Assembly: GCF_006345805.1 (NCBI RefSeq)
Contig: NC_043008.1
Span: forward strand, 12,400,001 to 12,464,000
Source of the DNA: Octopus sinensis
Lineage: Eukaryota
Length of the DNA: 64,000 nt
Direction: 5' to 3'
Under the pieces are notes generated by a model. That model was not told the origin of the DNA and searched no databases. It was given only the letters and a program-made list of their open reading frames with translations. This document shows, piece by piece, positions 62,866-64,000 of the stretch; position 1 is the first letter of the stretch; each line of letters starts with the position of its first letter. The translations under genes were made by a program, and so were the position numbers.

Positions 62866-64000
62866 GATAAGGATTTACTATTAATTTACTAAGGAAGAAG
62901 AGATATTGGTATTTCATTGGAAGGAGCTAAGTGAATTACTGCAACATTTGCCGACCATAAATAATTCAAGCAGAGTCCAGGGTTTCTGTTATTTAATTTT
63001 CATTTTCCGTTTCCATCTTTTAGAATAATTTACTTTGTGATTCATCATCAAATGTAAACTTGTAAAACAATTGAAAATATCAATTATGAAAATCGGCAAG
63101 CAGCTCAAACACCATCTACAATTTAAAACACCATCTAACAAAATAATTATAACTATAATATACATTTGTAAAATATCTGATTACTTCCAGGCAATGGTTG
63201 ATTGTACATTTGTTTGCATTATGAAGCAAGCTTTTGTCAGATAGAATCCTGTCTGTTACTATTATACATACAAAGCATTGTTGTTCTTTTTCTTCTCTAT
63301 TATAATTTTCTGAATTGAAAATATCTCAAATTTTGCTTCAGTTATTCTGTAAGTTTGCTCTCTCGAGTTTTATCCTATTGCATTGTTCTTTTCCATTTAT
63401 ATCTAGATAATTTTCATGGGAGTAAGAAATATTTTACTAATAGAATCAAATACAATAAAATTTTTCCTTATCATTTTTAATAAGGAAGAAGAGATATTGG
63501 TATTTCATTGGAAGGAACTTATCTGTGAGAAAAAGGACGAAGATTTGAAAGGGCAAAAGAAAAGAATTGAATAAAAAATATTTCATTCCATTCCATATAC
63601 AAGTGAAACTGTGGCTTTTGTGATAGGCTTGTTAAGAATTCCTTTATACTGGAATACAATATATTCATGAGTTAACTGGTTCTTTCTTTAAGAAGCCCAA
63701 ATCATAACCATGAATGCAAAATTTCTAAAGTAATCAAGATCACTCAGTTGTGAAAATATCAACAAGCTTCTGAGATTTATTATAAAGAATATTCAGAATG
63801 GTAAATCAGAATATTCAGGCTGGTTGATGAGCCATTCTGTAACTGAACCAAAACTATGGCATGTGATCATTAGCTTAAGTATATAATGATAAATGCTAAC
63901 CAATTTATCATAGTTTGATCCAATTTTACCTCATTTATGAAAATCCCAAATATATTCCAAATATTATGTGAAATTAGATATCAGTTAATTTTATGAAATT

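Overview
AT-rich, repeat-saturated eukaryotic DNA with no complete protein-coding gene, no CRISPR array and no functional RNA gene. The SINE families, (GAT)n-tailed RTE-type elements and very dense TA/CA/CAT/AAT microsatellites suggest an octopod cephalopod (Octopus) intron or intergenic region; this is an inference from remembered repeat families, not from a search. Nearly all long ORFs in the track are microsatellite translations. Recognisable content: at least four tRNA-headed SINE families (my labels A, C, E, F), a (GAT)n-tailed non-coding family with a 5' monomer array (D), decayed LINE pieces (RTE, R4/Dong-like RLE, CR1/Zenon-like), a Penelope-like GIY-YIG endonuclease remnant, a mariner transposase fragment, and a 400-bp non-autonomous Helitron cleanly inserted in an RTE fragment. 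One strong 27-nt microexon candidate (36172-36198, +) suggests the window lies in a long intron. The most interesting signal is a ~290-nt element present three times. It joins a tRNA-Arg-like Pol III head and an (AAT)n spacer to a minimal Penelope-type hammerhead ribozyme, always as an inverted pair. This looks like a Pol III SINE/retrozyme hybrid mobilised by Penelope-like elements. Repeat boundaries are by eye and approximate unless stated as exact.
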